Assembly: GCA_020718525.1 (NCBI GenBank)
Contig: DYRX01000001.1
Coordinates: 1 to 48,993 of the forward strand
Direction of reading: 5' to 3'
From: Victivallis vadensis
Lineage (GTDB): Bacteria > Verrucomicrobiota > Lentisphaeria > Victivallales > GWF2-50-93
DNA length: 48,993 nucleotides
Shown here: positions 24,870-36,814 of the stretch, piece by piece
Numbering within the stretch: position 1 is the stretch's first letter
How the letters are laid out: each line of letters begins with the position of its first letter
The notes under the pieces: model-generated
The model's input: the letters and a program-made list of their open reading frames with translations, nothing else
Database searches by the model: none
Told to the model about the DNA's origin: nothing
Program-made: the position numbers and the translations under genes

Positions 24870-25637
24870 TTATTGGCAGATTGTACGGCATCCGCCATAA
24901 AACACGAAGTTGGCGGTTTTCGCCTGCATATGCGTCAGAAGGCTTTCTACACCGATAGCATGTCTGGGCAGATCGGCTGGAGCCAAATCCGGAGATGAGT
25001 CGTTTGGAATCAGATAGGCTTTTCCCATGTATTCCAATCCATGTCCAGTCGTATAGATGACAGCAATGTCAGACTGCCTTGTTTTAAGAGAAAAAGTCCT
25101 GAGGGCTTTCTCAAGCTCTTCATGTGTTGGATCCAAAGCTGTCACTGTTTCAAAGCCGGCCCTTGCAAAAGCCTGCGAAATTCGCGACAGATCATTCTTC
25201 GCCCCTGGCAAGGTTCCGAGGGAAGCTTTACTGCTGTAGTCCGAGAAGACAAAAACAAATGCGACCCGCTTTGCCGCCGTGTCGCGCAAATCTTGCCGCT
25301 CGGTATTTCCTGACGCCGCGAGCACTTTGATCTCCGGCTCTTGGAGTCCGTCGCTCTTTAATTTTGTGAGGGCATTCATTTCAGCCCGCAATTCCAGGAA
25401 ACTGAGGGAAGGACGCGCAAGCAGTTCTATCAAAGCCGAGGCAAAGGGATTTCCCCCTTCCTCCGCCTGATCAAATGTCGGAAGACCCGCCTGCGAAGCA
25501 AAAAATACAATGGCTGAAGCTGGCGGATTCGGCACCGAGACTGCAGGCTCATCAGCCGCCGAGTGCATGGCATGGGCAGAGAAGAATAAAGCGATAAGAA
25601 TCGCATTAAACAATGTGCCGGAACGAAAGCTTTTCAT
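24870..25637 (-). CDS. secreted caspase-like (peptidase C14, clan CD) protein, apparently circularly permuted
   Basis: Signal peptide present. The C-terminal half carries the p20-like core: RVAFVFVFSDYS..LPGAKNDLSRISQAFARAGFE, IAVIYTTGHG (catalytic His) and NFVFYGGCRT (catalytic Cys, 5 aa before the stop). The N-terminal half (IVFFASQAG..GGNPFASALIELL..) resembles the segment that normally follows the Cys. Confidence 0.6.
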   Translation of the reverse strand: MKSFRSGTLFNAILIALFFSAHAMHSAADEPAVSVPNPPASAIVFFASQAGLPTFDQAEEGGNPFASALIELLARPSLSFLELRAEMNALTKLKSDGLQEPEIKVLAASGNTERQDLRDTAAKRVAFVFVFSDYSSKASLGTLPGAKNDLSRISQAFARAGFETVTALDPTHEELEKALRTFSLKTRQSDIAVIYTTGHGLEYMGKAYLIPNDSSPDLAPADLPRHAIGVESLLTHMQAKTANFVFYGGCRTICQ

Positions 25638-25657
25638 AAGAAAAATTCCCTGCGCGT

Positions 25658-28835
<3,178 letters not shown>

Positions 28836-28840
28836 TCATT

Positions 28841-28868
28841 AGAGCCAATTGCAAAAATAATTGGCTCT
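28841..28868 (-). terminator. stem-loop downstream of murJ, possible intrinsic terminator
   Basis: AGAGCCAATT-8 nt-AATTGGCTCT, a perfect 10-bp stem. On the minus strand a T8 run (plus-strand A-run 28826-28833) follows after 7 nt. Confidence 0.45.
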
Positions 28869-28873
28869 ATTAT

Positions 28874-30445
28874 CTATCGTCTGAGAATCTTCATCCACTC
28901 TGACAGTTCTTGAGAGCGGGTCATAAGACTGCATGCCAGGTATGCCAGGCAGAAGCTTGCACCCGACGCGATCAGGGGGATGAAGTCGTGGGGCATTGCG
29001 GGGATTTTCCAGGAATGGAGAAGCGGAATATGAAATGTGATCTTGGCGCAGACTGCGGCGAGGAGGGCGCAGAGGAGCATTTTGAAGACGTCCTTGATGA
29101 TAGGTCTGAAGGAAAGATTTCGCAGTTCCTTGCGGAGGATGATGAACATCAGCGCGCAGTTGAATGCCGATGAGCAGACTGTCGCAAGCGCGATTCCTCC
29201 CTGTTTGAGGGGAGACATGAGAATCAGGTTAAGGGTGACATTCAGCACGAGGCATATTATCGCGATTATCAGAGGAGTTTTCATGTCTTTCCTGGAGTGG
29301 AAGCCGGAAGATAATATTTTTGCCGCGCAGAAGAATGGGATTCCCGGCGCATAGAAGAGCATTGCCAGAGATGTCTCCATCAGCTCGGTCTCTCCGAAGC
29401 GGCCACGCATGTAGAATGCCGATATCACGCTTTTATCGAAGAACGTCAGAAAAACCGATACGGGAATTGAAACAAAAAGTATGTTTTTCAGTGCGAATAT
29501 TAGTAAGTCGGACATGCCATCAAAATCTTTGTTTGCCGCTGACTTGGACATTTTTGGCAGGAAGACCGAGCCCATTGCGACAGCGAAGATTCCGATGGGA
29601 AGATCCACTATTCTGTCGCTGAAATTGAGAGCAGGGACGGCTTGGTCGCCTATGAAGTATGCCATGCTCTTGTCAATCACCATGCTTAGTTGCAGAACAG
29701 ACGCACCGACTATTCCGGGAAGAGTCAGGCGGTAAAGTTCACCAAGCACTGGATTGCGGAAAATCTGAGCGATCCCTTCTGCGAAACTCGGAAGCATCTT
29801 TTCCTTCCACAATAGGATAAGTAGAGCTACGAGCTGGAAGACACCGGAAACCAGGACACTAAGAGCCAAATATTTCATCGCGGAAAGCTGTGAGAAGCCT
29901 TGGGTCAACTTCGGACCAAGAAGAAGCAGGCATCCGACCATGAAAATATTCAGGCTCAGCGCACTCAGCGCGACAAGAAAGTAGCGTCCCACGCTGTTCA
30001 AGACGGATGAAACAATTCCTACCATGCATATGAAGAAGGCGTACGGCATTATGATGGGAATGATTTCGAGTGCGAAACGCCCGCTGTCCCTGACGACAAA
30101 AGGACGCAGGGCAAAAGAGATTCCGACAAGAAGAATGCAGAGAAGAGCGAGAATCAGAGAGAGTGCCACGAATACTGAGAGAAGTTTTTTTCTTGCCGCC
30201 TCGCGTCCCTCCTTTTCTATGGAGTAGGTGACAATCGGGACAAGAGCGGTTCCGAGAGCGCCTTCGCCGAGAAGCCTTCTAAAAAGATTCGGGAGAAGAA
30301 ATGCAAGCCCCCAGGCGGTCATTATCATTCCTCCACCAAAAAATTTGGCGAGAAGGATTTCACGGAAAAGACCGAGAATCCTGCACAGGAAAATAGCGAT
30401 GGACACGCCGCCGGCGCTCTTTATGAATCTGTTTTTTTCATGCAT
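28874..30445 (-). CDS. murJ: lipid II flippase MurJ (MviN)
   Basis: About 14 TM. The N-terminus SAGGVSIAIFLCRILGLFREILLAKFFG is typical of MurJ. The track ORF starts at GTG 30508; the ATG at 30445 is preferred. Confidence 0.85.
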   Translation of the reverse strand: MHEKNRFIKSAGGVSIAIFLCRILGLFREILLAKFFGGGMIMTAWGLAFLLPNLFRRLLGEGALGTALVPIVTYSIEKEGREAARKKLLSVFVALSLILALLCILLVGISFALRPFVVRDSGRFALEIIPIIMPYAFFICMVGIVSSVLNSVGRYFLVALSALSLNIFMVGCLLLLGPKLTQGFSQLSAMKYLALSVLVSGVFQLVALLILLWKEKMLPSFAEGIAQIFRNPVLGELYRLTLPGIVGASVLQLSMVIDKSMAYFIGDQAVPALNFSDRIVDLPIGIFAVAMGSVFLPKMSKSAANKDFDGMSDLLIFALKNILFVSIPVSVFLTFFDKSVISAFYMRGRFGETELMETSLAMLFYAPGIPFFCAAKILSSGFHSRKDMKTPLIIAIICLVLNVTLNLILMSPLKQGGIALATVCSSAFNCALMFIILRKELRNLSFRPIIKDVFKMLLCALLAAVCAKITFHIPLLHSWKIPAMPHDFIPLIASGASFCLAYLACSLMTRSQELSEWMKILRR

Positions 30446-30555
30446 TTTGAATTTATCGTTTTTGCCGTGAACTGCATAGGTGGGGGATGCGGAACCGACG
30501 ATTGCCACAAATCTGCCGCACCTCCCTCGGCGTTGGCAGAATTTGTTTCGTTAGC

Positions 30556-30759
30556 TTAATTTTTTGATGATGCTATTTGCAGTTCTCCGATATGATGAAC
30601 GCAAGGGATGGAGCCGTCTGTAAGATCCTTATAAATATCTTTCAGGTTTTCTTGGAGTTCCTCCAGTGTTTCGCCCTGTGTCATGTAATCGGGAAAATCT
30701 TCCCAATAGCCAATCCAAAATTTGTCCTGCTGAAAATAAACGTACTTTTTTGATTCCAT
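30556..30759 (-). CDS. HicB-like (UPF0150) antitoxin N-terminal-domain protein, orphan
   Basis: 67 aa. YVYFQQDKFWIGYWEDFPDYMTQGETLEELQENLKDIY matches the HicB N-domain pattern (..PG..TQG.T.EEA..N..EAI). GGAGGA SD upstream. No DNA-binding domain and no adjacent HicA. Confidence 0.55.
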   Translation of the reverse strand: MESKKYVYFQQDKFWIGYWEDFPDYMTQGETLEELQENLKDIYKDLTDGSIPCVHHIGELQIASSKN

Positions 30760-30810
30760 TGCGTTGTCCTCCGTTTCTGAAAGAAAAATATAGTCGGAAT
30801 TTATAGCAAA

Positions 30811-31896
30811 TCAAATAGCTGACAGTCCCTCCGGTCCTGGAACAATCAAATCAATTTGTTCAAGGAGGAATTTGATCTCATTGTCTGTGCCGACAGTTAT
30901 CCTTAAGAATTTGTCCACATTCTGCACTGAAAAATGCCTGACCAGCACTCCGTTCCGCTTTAGATCCTGGTAGAGTTTCTCCGCTTTCCAAGGAGATGGC
31001 GGTTCGACGAGAACAAAGTTGCTCTGAGACGGGAAAACCCTGAAGCCTCTGGCGGAAAGCGAGTCTGAAAGAAAAGCCCTTGTCTTGAGGATCTTTGAGA
31101 GATTTGCTTCAAAGTGGCTTCTGTCAGATAAAGCTTCGATTGCAAGGACTTGTGAAAGCATTCCGACGTTGTATGAGTCTTTGACCTTCATCATTCCGGA
31201 AATTATTTCAGGAGCGGCGAGGGCGTAACCGAGACGGAGCCCGGCAAGGGAATAGCTCTTTGAGAGCGTTCTCATCAGGATCGCATTTTTTCTGCTTCTG
31301 CATAATTCCAGGCAGTTGTCGTCTGAAAAATCAGCATATGCCTCATCTACCATTGCGACTCCATTGCAGGCATCAATCAGCGAGGCGATCCTGTCGAGTG
31401 GGAAGGAATTGCCTGTCGGCGCATTTGGACGGCAGATGATGAGGAGAGAGGCGTCTGCAATCCTTGTTTCGGCATCGTCCGGCAGGGAAAAGCCGTTTTT
31501 CTCGTCGAGGGAGATTTCGTCGCATTCACAGTCCTGAATTTTAGCCAGGACAGAATATAGCGAGTAGCTCGGGGTGAAGACGGACAATTTTCTCCCTGCG
31601 CTAGTGAAGGAGCGCAGTGCCATGGTCAGGAGATCGTCCGATCCGTTTCCGACTATGATTTCGTCTGCGCCTCTTCCGCAAAGTCCCGAGATCACACGGC
31701 TCAGATCCTTGAAGACGGGATCTGGGTAGAGCCTCAGAAGGGATGCGTCAAAATTCTGAAGCACCCTGCGCACGCCCGGAGCTGGCGGATACGGATTTTC
31801 GTTTGTGTTCAGCTTGACGAGGCGTCCGCCACGCGGAGGCTGTTCGCCGGGCTGATAGCCGCTCATTGATTCGATATTTTGTCTGAATAAACCCAT
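30811..31896 (-). CDS. hisC: histidinol-phosphate aminotransferase
   Basis: Motifs: SGYQPGE, LNTNENPYPP and the PLP-lysine region LSKSYSLAGLRLGY. Confidence 0.85.
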   Translation of the reverse strand: MGLFRQNIESMSGYQPGEQPPRGGRLVKLNTNENPYPPAPGVRRVLQNFDASLLRLYPDPVFKDLSRVISGLCGRGADEIIVGNGSDDLLTMALRSFTSAGRKLSVFTPSYSLYSVLAKIQDCECDEISLDEKNGFSLPDDAETRIADASLLIICRPNAPTGNSFPLDRIASLIDACNGVAMVDEAYADFSDDNCLELCRSRKNAILMRTLSKSYSLAGLRLGYALAAPEIISGMMKVKDSYNVGMLSQVLAIEALSDRSHFEANLSKILKTRAFLSDSLSARGFRVFPSQSNFVLVEPPSPWKAEKLYQDLKRNGVLVRHFSVQNVDKFLRITVGTDNEIKFLLEQIDLIVPGPEGLSAI

Positions 31897-31917
31897 TTGG
31901 AGGAGCTGGAAGGGAGT

Positions 31918-33510
31918 TTAATGCGGGGCGATTGTGTAGATCCAGTCTTTTTTTCCAATATCCCAGGATCTGGATATGCTGAAGGCTGGAAAATGCCTTA
32001 AGGCATTGTTCTCTGCGAATTTCGCAAGAATCCCCCCGACTGACCCGCTGTCAGCTTTGAGCTTCAGCTTTATTGTCAGATCGTCTGCTGTGCCTTTATA
32101 TGCTCCAAGTGCTCCAAGGGCATCCTGAAGATCCTTCGTCAGCTTGATAATGCCTTTGCTTGCAAGCTTGTAGGCCTGGACGCCAGGCTGATGGAACGCA
32201 TTGACGTTTACCAGCTCGGCGTAGAATGCCACCGCGCGCTCGTAGAGGGCAATGATCATCCCAAGATTGAATTCGTCAATCTGTCTCACTGCCATTTGTA
32301 TTACTTGTCTGTGCTTGGACAGGAGGGCGTTGGAGAGACCGCATAGGAATCCATGGAGATAGTCGCCCATGCTGACCGAAGCGTCTATCGGAATGTGCTT
32401 GGAATCTTTAAGAACCTCGATGAAGGTGACGAAGAAGTCGTCTCTTCCGTCGTTCAACTGCTGGATGAACGCATGGGCGTCCGTCCCGCCCTTGTTTCCG
32501 AAGACATTAAGCCCCTGATGCACGGTTCTGCCGTCAAGATCCTTCTCTTTTCCGAGGCTTTCCATGACGAGCTGTTGGAGATATCTCGAGAGAAGTATCA
32601 GCCTGTCGGAATAGGGGACAATCACCATGTTGCGGTCGCCTTTTCCGTTGCCAGCCATAAACCAGGTCGAGGCGAGAAGATATGAGGGATTGAGCTTGCA
32701 GTCGGGCTCCCTTGTGAGGCGATCCATGTGGCACGCGCCGTTGAGGAAATTTTTAAAGTTGATACCGGCAAGAGCCGCAGGGAGATGACCGACCACGCTG
32801 GTCTCGCTTGTTCTGCCTCCGATGGACTCCGCCATTTCGAAGTCTTTCAGCCAATTACTGCTTCTTGCATGGCGATACAGTTCACTGCTGTTCATGGTGA
32901 CCGCGCAGGCGTGCCTGGCAAAATCCAGCCCTGCCGCAGTAAAGGCGGCTTCCATGGCTATCATGTTGTTCTTGGTCTCCTGGGTTCCCCCAGACTTGGA
33001 AATCGTGAGCACCAAAGTTCTGTCCAGCTCTAGAAGATCGAGCAGATCCTTGACCCCGGAACTGTCGGTGTTGTCCAAAAAATAGATGCGCAGAAAACCG
33101 CGCCTCTTGTCTTCAGCAAGCTCATTCCAATACGGTCCGTTTATGGCGTATTGCAGTAACTGCGGACCTAGAGCCGATCCTCCAATCCCGTTGACAACGG
33201 CATAGTCGAACTTTTTCCCGTTTGATGAGACTATCTCGCCGGAACGGATTTTCTCGGCAAATTCCTGGACATCCGAATATAGTGAAGTGCCCGGATAGAC
33301 TGATCTGTCAGTGAAATGGGTTACCTTGCGGTTTTCATCGGGATTTTTGATATCGCCTGCTTCGATTTTCAGCATTTCCTCGTGAGCCCTCTCACAGCGC
33401 TCGGTGAGAGAATCAATGTCCGCCTCGGAAAAATCCATCCCCGAAACGTTCATGCTGAAGGAAGTCGTCCCATCTACAACTGTATATTTGCCGATTCTTT
33501 CGTCGTTCAT
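31918..33510 (-). CDS. pgi: glucose-6-phosphate isomerase
   Basis: 530 aa. PGI motifs VNGIGGSALGPQ and ISKSGGTQET. Confidence 0.85.
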   Translation of the reverse strand: MNDERIGKYTVVDGTTSFSMNVSGMDFSEADIDSLTERCERAHEEMLKIEAGDIKNPDENRKVTHFTDRSVYPGTSLYSDVQEFAEKIRSGEIVSSNGKKFDYAVVNGIGGSALGPQLLQYAINGPYWNELAEDKRRGFLRIYFLDNTDSSGVKDLLDLLELDRTLVLTISKSGGTQETKNNMIAMEAAFTAAGLDFARHACAVTMNSSELYRHARSSNWLKDFEMAESIGGRTSETSVVGHLPAALAGINFKNFLNGACHMDRLTREPDCKLNPSYLLASTWFMAGNGKGDRNMVIVPYSDRLILLSRYLQQLVMESLGKEKDLDGRTVHQGLNVFGNKGGTDAHAFIQQLNDGRDDFFVTFIEVLKDSKHIPIDASVSMGDYLHGFLCGLSNALLSKHRQVIQMAVRQIDEFNLGMIIALYERAVAFYAELVNVNAFHQPGVQAYKLASKGIIKLTKDLQDALGALGAYKGTADDLTIKLKLKADSGSVGGILAKFAENNALRHFPAFSISRSWDIGKKDWIYTIAPH

Positions 33511-33527
33511 CTTGCTGGAAACCCGTC

Positions 33528-34457
33528 CTATTTGCTTTCTTCTTTCTCAAACAACCCGCCAAACTGCTCCGCGACTTTTTCGATATTTTCCGGAGTGATG
33601 AGCAGATATCTCTTGTCGAATGCAACCTGCGGATTGCTCGGAGCGGAAGTCTCGTCAAAATTTGCATTTGGACTGTAGGTCACAGCGGCCTGCACCATTC
33701 CACAGGAAATAGCATTTTTAAGCTTGTAGACATCGCCATTCAGGATTGCCAGCCTGACTTTTGGAGGAGTCGCCGCTCCTGCTTCGCCGCCTGCCGCACC
33801 GCCCTCGGGGGCGTCTTCCGATGCCTGATGCCAGATCGCCATTTCTTCGACATCCATAGGAAGACCGATGAAGGAAATGATGAGGTCACAGTCGGGATGG
33901 CGTTCAACCATAGCGTCGAAATCAACAGCCTTCATCCTTTCTCTGATGCTCATCTCCATGTCTTCGGGAGCCTGTTCTGGTGCTGGAGCCGGTGCCGCGC
34001 CTTCTGCTGGAGCCGCTCCTTCGGCAGGTGCCGCTCCTTCTGCCGCAGGCGGTGGCTCGGCAGGAGTCGGGATATCTTCAGTCACTATGGTGATCTTTCC
34101 GCCCATTGCTTCCTTCATTGCTGACATCTGCTCGTCCAGAACCTGATTGCGCGCCTTGTCAACGACAAGAAGAGCCTTTGCTCCCGCCGCCTTCTCCGCC
34201 AGATATTTGCCCAGTATTGTGCCGGAAGATCTGTTGTAGACCATCTCGTTCTTGATGAAGCCTTTGACGCTGGTGTCTCCGAAAATTCCTGTCTTCCAGA
34301 GAATGACCATTGCGCAAATCATCACCACTACCATCAATCCTACGGCGAAGGGCTTCGCCGCGTCGTTCGTCTGCTGTTTTTTTGCGCAGACTATCATTCC
34401 TACAAAAGCCGCCGCCATGATAACTCCAGCGATGATAACCGGTAGCTTTGCCATCAT
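33528..34457 (-). CDS. membrane-anchored protein of unknown function with Ala/Pro/Glu-rich internal repeat
   Basis: Two N-terminal TM helices, then a Rossmann/PBP-like alternation interrupted by PPAAEGAAPAEGAAPAEGAAPAPAPEQAPE. No family recognised. Confidence 0.55.
   Translation of the reverse strand: MMAKLPVIIAGVIMAAAFVGMIVCAKKQQTNDAAKPFAVGLMVVVMICAMVILWKTGIFGDTSVKGFIKNEMVYNRSSGTILGKYLAEKAAGAKALLVVDKARNQVLDEQMSAMKEAMGGKITIVTEDIPTPAEPPPAAEGAAPAEGAAPAEGAAPAPAPEQAPEDMEMSIRERMKAVDFDAMVERHPDCDLIISFIGLPMDVEEMAIWHQASEDAPEGGAAGGEAGAATPPKVRLAILNGDVYKLKNAISCGMVQAAVTYSPNANFDETSAPSNPQVAFDKRYLLITPENIEKVAEQFGGLFEKEESK
33991..34044. repeat. 3 x 18-nt imperfect tandem repeat (encodes AEGAAP x3 on the minus strand)
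   Basis: The three units are ggtgccgcgccttctgct, ggagccgctccttcggca and ggtgccgctccttctgcc. Confidence 0.7.
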
Positions 34458-34515
34458 ATCAAAATTCCTCCGCGTTTAATATATTGAATCGTCTATAAAT
34501 TTCTGCAAATATATT

Positions 34516-35259
34516 TTGACCTTTGCCCCTTTGCAAGGTACTGTTGACAGAAATAGCAAAAAAAAACGCCACGTGAGGCAGTTGCAAGCTAAAAGAATAT
34601 ACGATGCGCTCTTTGCCAAGTTCGGTCCACAGAAATGGTGGCCGGGCGATTCCCCCTGGGAAGTCGCCGTCGGTGCGCTTCTGACACAGAACACAAACTG
34701 GCGAAATGTCGAAAAGGCGATTGCCAATCTCAAGTCTGGCGAGCTCCTGGATCCAAAACTCATCATGGACTCCGAGAACAGCCTCATCGAAGAGGCGATA
34801 AGGCCTTCGGGATACTTCAGGGTAAAAACGCAAAGACTGAGGAATCTATGCGTTTGGTGGCTCGCAAACGTTGACTCAAAGAACAGATTTAATACGCATC
34901 CTGACGATCTGCAATACTGGCGGGACTCGCTTCTTTCAGTGAAAGGCATCGGCAAAGAAAGCGCCGACAGCATTCTGCTTTATTCCTTCAATCTCCCGAG
35001 TTTCGTGATTGACACCTACACAAAAAGGATCATGGCGAGACATTTTGGGACTCCGCCCATGATGAAATACGACGAACTCCGCCTAATCTTCATGAAAGAT
35101 CTTCCCCGCGATCCCTTGATCTTCAACGAATTCCACGCACTTTTTGTGAGGCTTGCCAAAGAATTGTGCAGAAAGAACGAATGCCTGCCCGACTGCCCTC
35201 TACGAAAGTTATCCAAATCCCCACATTTGAGCCCTGTCTACTATACGCATTTTGCTTGA
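34516..35259 (+). CDS. endonuclease III-like HhH-GPD DNA glycosylase family protein
   Basis: FGPQKWWPGDSPWEVAVGALLTQNTNWRNVEKAI and VKGIGKESADSILLY (HhH-GPD). The start is uncertain: ATG 34516 or in-frame GTG 34573. Confidence 0.75.
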   Translation: MTFAPLQGTVDRNSKKKRHVRQLQAKRIYDALFAKFGPQKWWPGDSPWEVAVGALLTQNTNWRNVEKAIANLKSGELLDPKLIMDSENSLIEEAIRPSGYFRVKTQRLRNLCVWWLANVDSKNRFNTHPDDLQYWRDSLLSVKGIGKESADSILLYSFNLPSFVIDTYTKRIMARHFGTPPMMKYDELRLIFMKDLPRDPLIFNEFHALFVRLAKELCRKNECLPDCPLRKLSKSPHLSPVYYTHFA

Positions 35260-35292
35260 GGGGATTGGGTAGTATCAGCCCCAGGTCTCGCC

Positions 35293-35499
35293 TGAGAATC
35301 GGGGTCGGGGTCGCTATCGGAATCGGAATCGAAAGGAGCAAGAATGGGTTTTGGACATGAAAAGCTTGATGTATGCCGAGCAGTCATTGAATACGTTGGC
35401 TGGGCCTACCTCTATGGTGAAACGTTGAAGGGACACCGTAGTAACGTCCTGCGGACATCGCAGGCTATCCCGCTGAAGATCGCCGAGGCAAAATGCTGA
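35293..35499 (+). pseudogene. truncated remnant of a four-helix-bundle ('23S rRNA intervening-sequence protein' family) gene
   Basis: Hand translation from ATG 35344 gives MGFGHEKLDVCRAVIEYVGWAYLYGETLKGHRSNVLRTSQAIPLKIAEAKC*. This matches only the first half of the family pattern (HEKLDVY..A......W.......LDRAS.SI.LNIAEG). Upstream, in the +1-shifted frame, RIGVGVAIGIGIERSKNGF is encoded by an ATCGGA-type hexamer repeat. The stop overlaps the hemW start. Confidence 0.5.
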
Positions 35500-36596
35500 A
35501 AGAAATCAGGCGACTCTATGTGCATGTCCCATTTTGCATGAAGAAATGCTCCTATTGCGCCTTTTATTCGATTCCCGACGCATCAGAAACACTGCGCAGA
35601 GAATATCTGGGCAAAATGAAAAATGATTTGTCCCGCGCTGGCGAATCCTGCGGCGTCTTGGACAGCGTATTTGTCGGCGGCGGCAACCCAGGCTCGCTTG
35701 ATCCCTCCGAGCTGGAAACCCTCTTTGCGTGCGTCAAAGAGTCCTTCGACATTTCAGACTCCGCTGAGATCTCTGTCGAGTGCAATCCGGAATCAGCCAG
35801 CCAGGAAAAAATCTCAATCATTGCGAATTTCGCAAACCGCATAAGCCTGGGCGTCCAGTCATTCAGCCCGGAAATGCGCCGAAGAATTGGAAGACACGGC
35901 GACGTTGAACTGATTCAGAACGCATTTGATCTTGCAAAATCGTCTGGAATCCGGCAAATCTCTTGCGACATGATCTCCTCCATCCCAGGACAGGATGCAG
36001 AGCAATGGTCCGACGAACTGCGCAAGGCACTTGGACTGGGAATTGGACACTTGTCCGCCTATTCGCTTAGCTACGACGAGGGGGCCGAGCTTTGTCCCGG
36101 AATCGAAGCGCCACATGACGACATCGCCGAATTCGAGATATGGAGCAAGACAAGGGAAATCCTATCCTCCGCGGGATTCCAGAGATACGAAATCTCCAAT
36201 TTTTCAGTCCCTGGCTCCGAGTGCAAGCACAATTTGGGCATATGGATGGGAGAGCCATACCTCGGAATCGGACCTTCCGCGTCTTCCTTCGACGGACGGA
36301 CACGATGGACTGAGCGGGCGGACATGAGCCTCTGGCTTTCCGGCTCCCCGCCCGAACTCGACGAAATACCTCCGACAGCCAGGGCGGCGGAACTCCTCGT
36401 CATGGGCTTGCGAACTTCGCAGGGCTGGAATTTCAAAAAATTTGATGCTCTCGACCTCGTTCCCATTGCCTGCTTCAAGAATAATTTGCAGGAGCTTCAA
36501 TCCGAGGGGCTTCTTCTGCTCGAATCCTATTCGGCCCGCTGTTCCGAAAACGGTTTTCTTCACTGGAATGATTTAGCAGAGAGACTGCTTATCTGA
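35493..36596 (+). CDS. hemW: radical SAM heme chaperone HemW (HemN-like, oxygen-independent coproporphyrinogen oxidase family)
   Basis: CxxxCxxC motif (CMKKCSYCAF), then GGGNPGSL and an HemN C-terminal-like domain. Confidence 0.85.
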   Translation: MLKEIRRLYVHVPFCMKKCSYCAFYSIPDASETLRREYLGKMKNDLSRAGESCGVLDSVFVGGGNPGSLDPSELETLFACVKESFDISDSAEISVECNPESASQEKISIIANFANRISLGVQSFSPEMRRRIGRHGDVELIQNAFDLAKSSGIRQISCDMISSIPGQDAEQWSDELRKALGLGIGHLSAYSLSYDEGAELCPGIEAPHDDIAEFEIWSKTREILSSAGFQRYEISNFSVPGSECKHNLGIWMGEPYLGIGPSASSFDGRTRWTERADMSLWLSGSPPELDEIPPTARAAELLVMGLRTSQGWNFKKFDALDLVPIACFKNNLQELQSEGLLLLESYSARCSENGFLHWNDLAERLLI

Positions 36597-36705
36597 AATA
36601 TGATTATAAATAAGATACAGCGGAATTCAGCCGATTTTCATGCCGTTTTGGATTCAGAAGTCTGATATTGGGTTTCTTTTTTGTTAAAAATTCCCTAGTT
36701 TAAGC

Positions 36706-36719
36706 TTATCTGCGGATAA
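36706..36719. promoter_or_regulatory. 14-bp palindrome TTATC-TGCG-GATAA about 96 nt upstream of the peroxiredoxin ATG
   Basis: Perfect 5+5 inverted repeat in a 218-nt AT-rich leader. Candidate operator only; there is no regulator gene in the window. Confidence 0.2.
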
Positions 36720-36814
36720 ATTGTCTGCGATTCTTGAAAATTGCGAAGATTTGGGTATTGGTAAGGCTGGTCTTTAGAAGCACGGATAAAAATAAACAGA
36801 AAAAGGAGAGGCTC

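Noticed and set aside
30629-30814. 61-aa ORF overlapping the HicB-like gene as the missing HicA toxin
   Set aside because: It lies in a different frame on the same DNA and lacks the HicA/YcfA pattern (basic dsRBD-like, ..GSH..). It bridges the hisC stop without a start context.
35166-35360. 64-aa track ORF as an independent gene
   Set aside because: Its first half overlaps the 3' end of the EndoIII-like gene in another frame. Only its tail (GVGVAIGIGIE) is informative, and that is better explained as part of the decayed four-helix-bundle gene.
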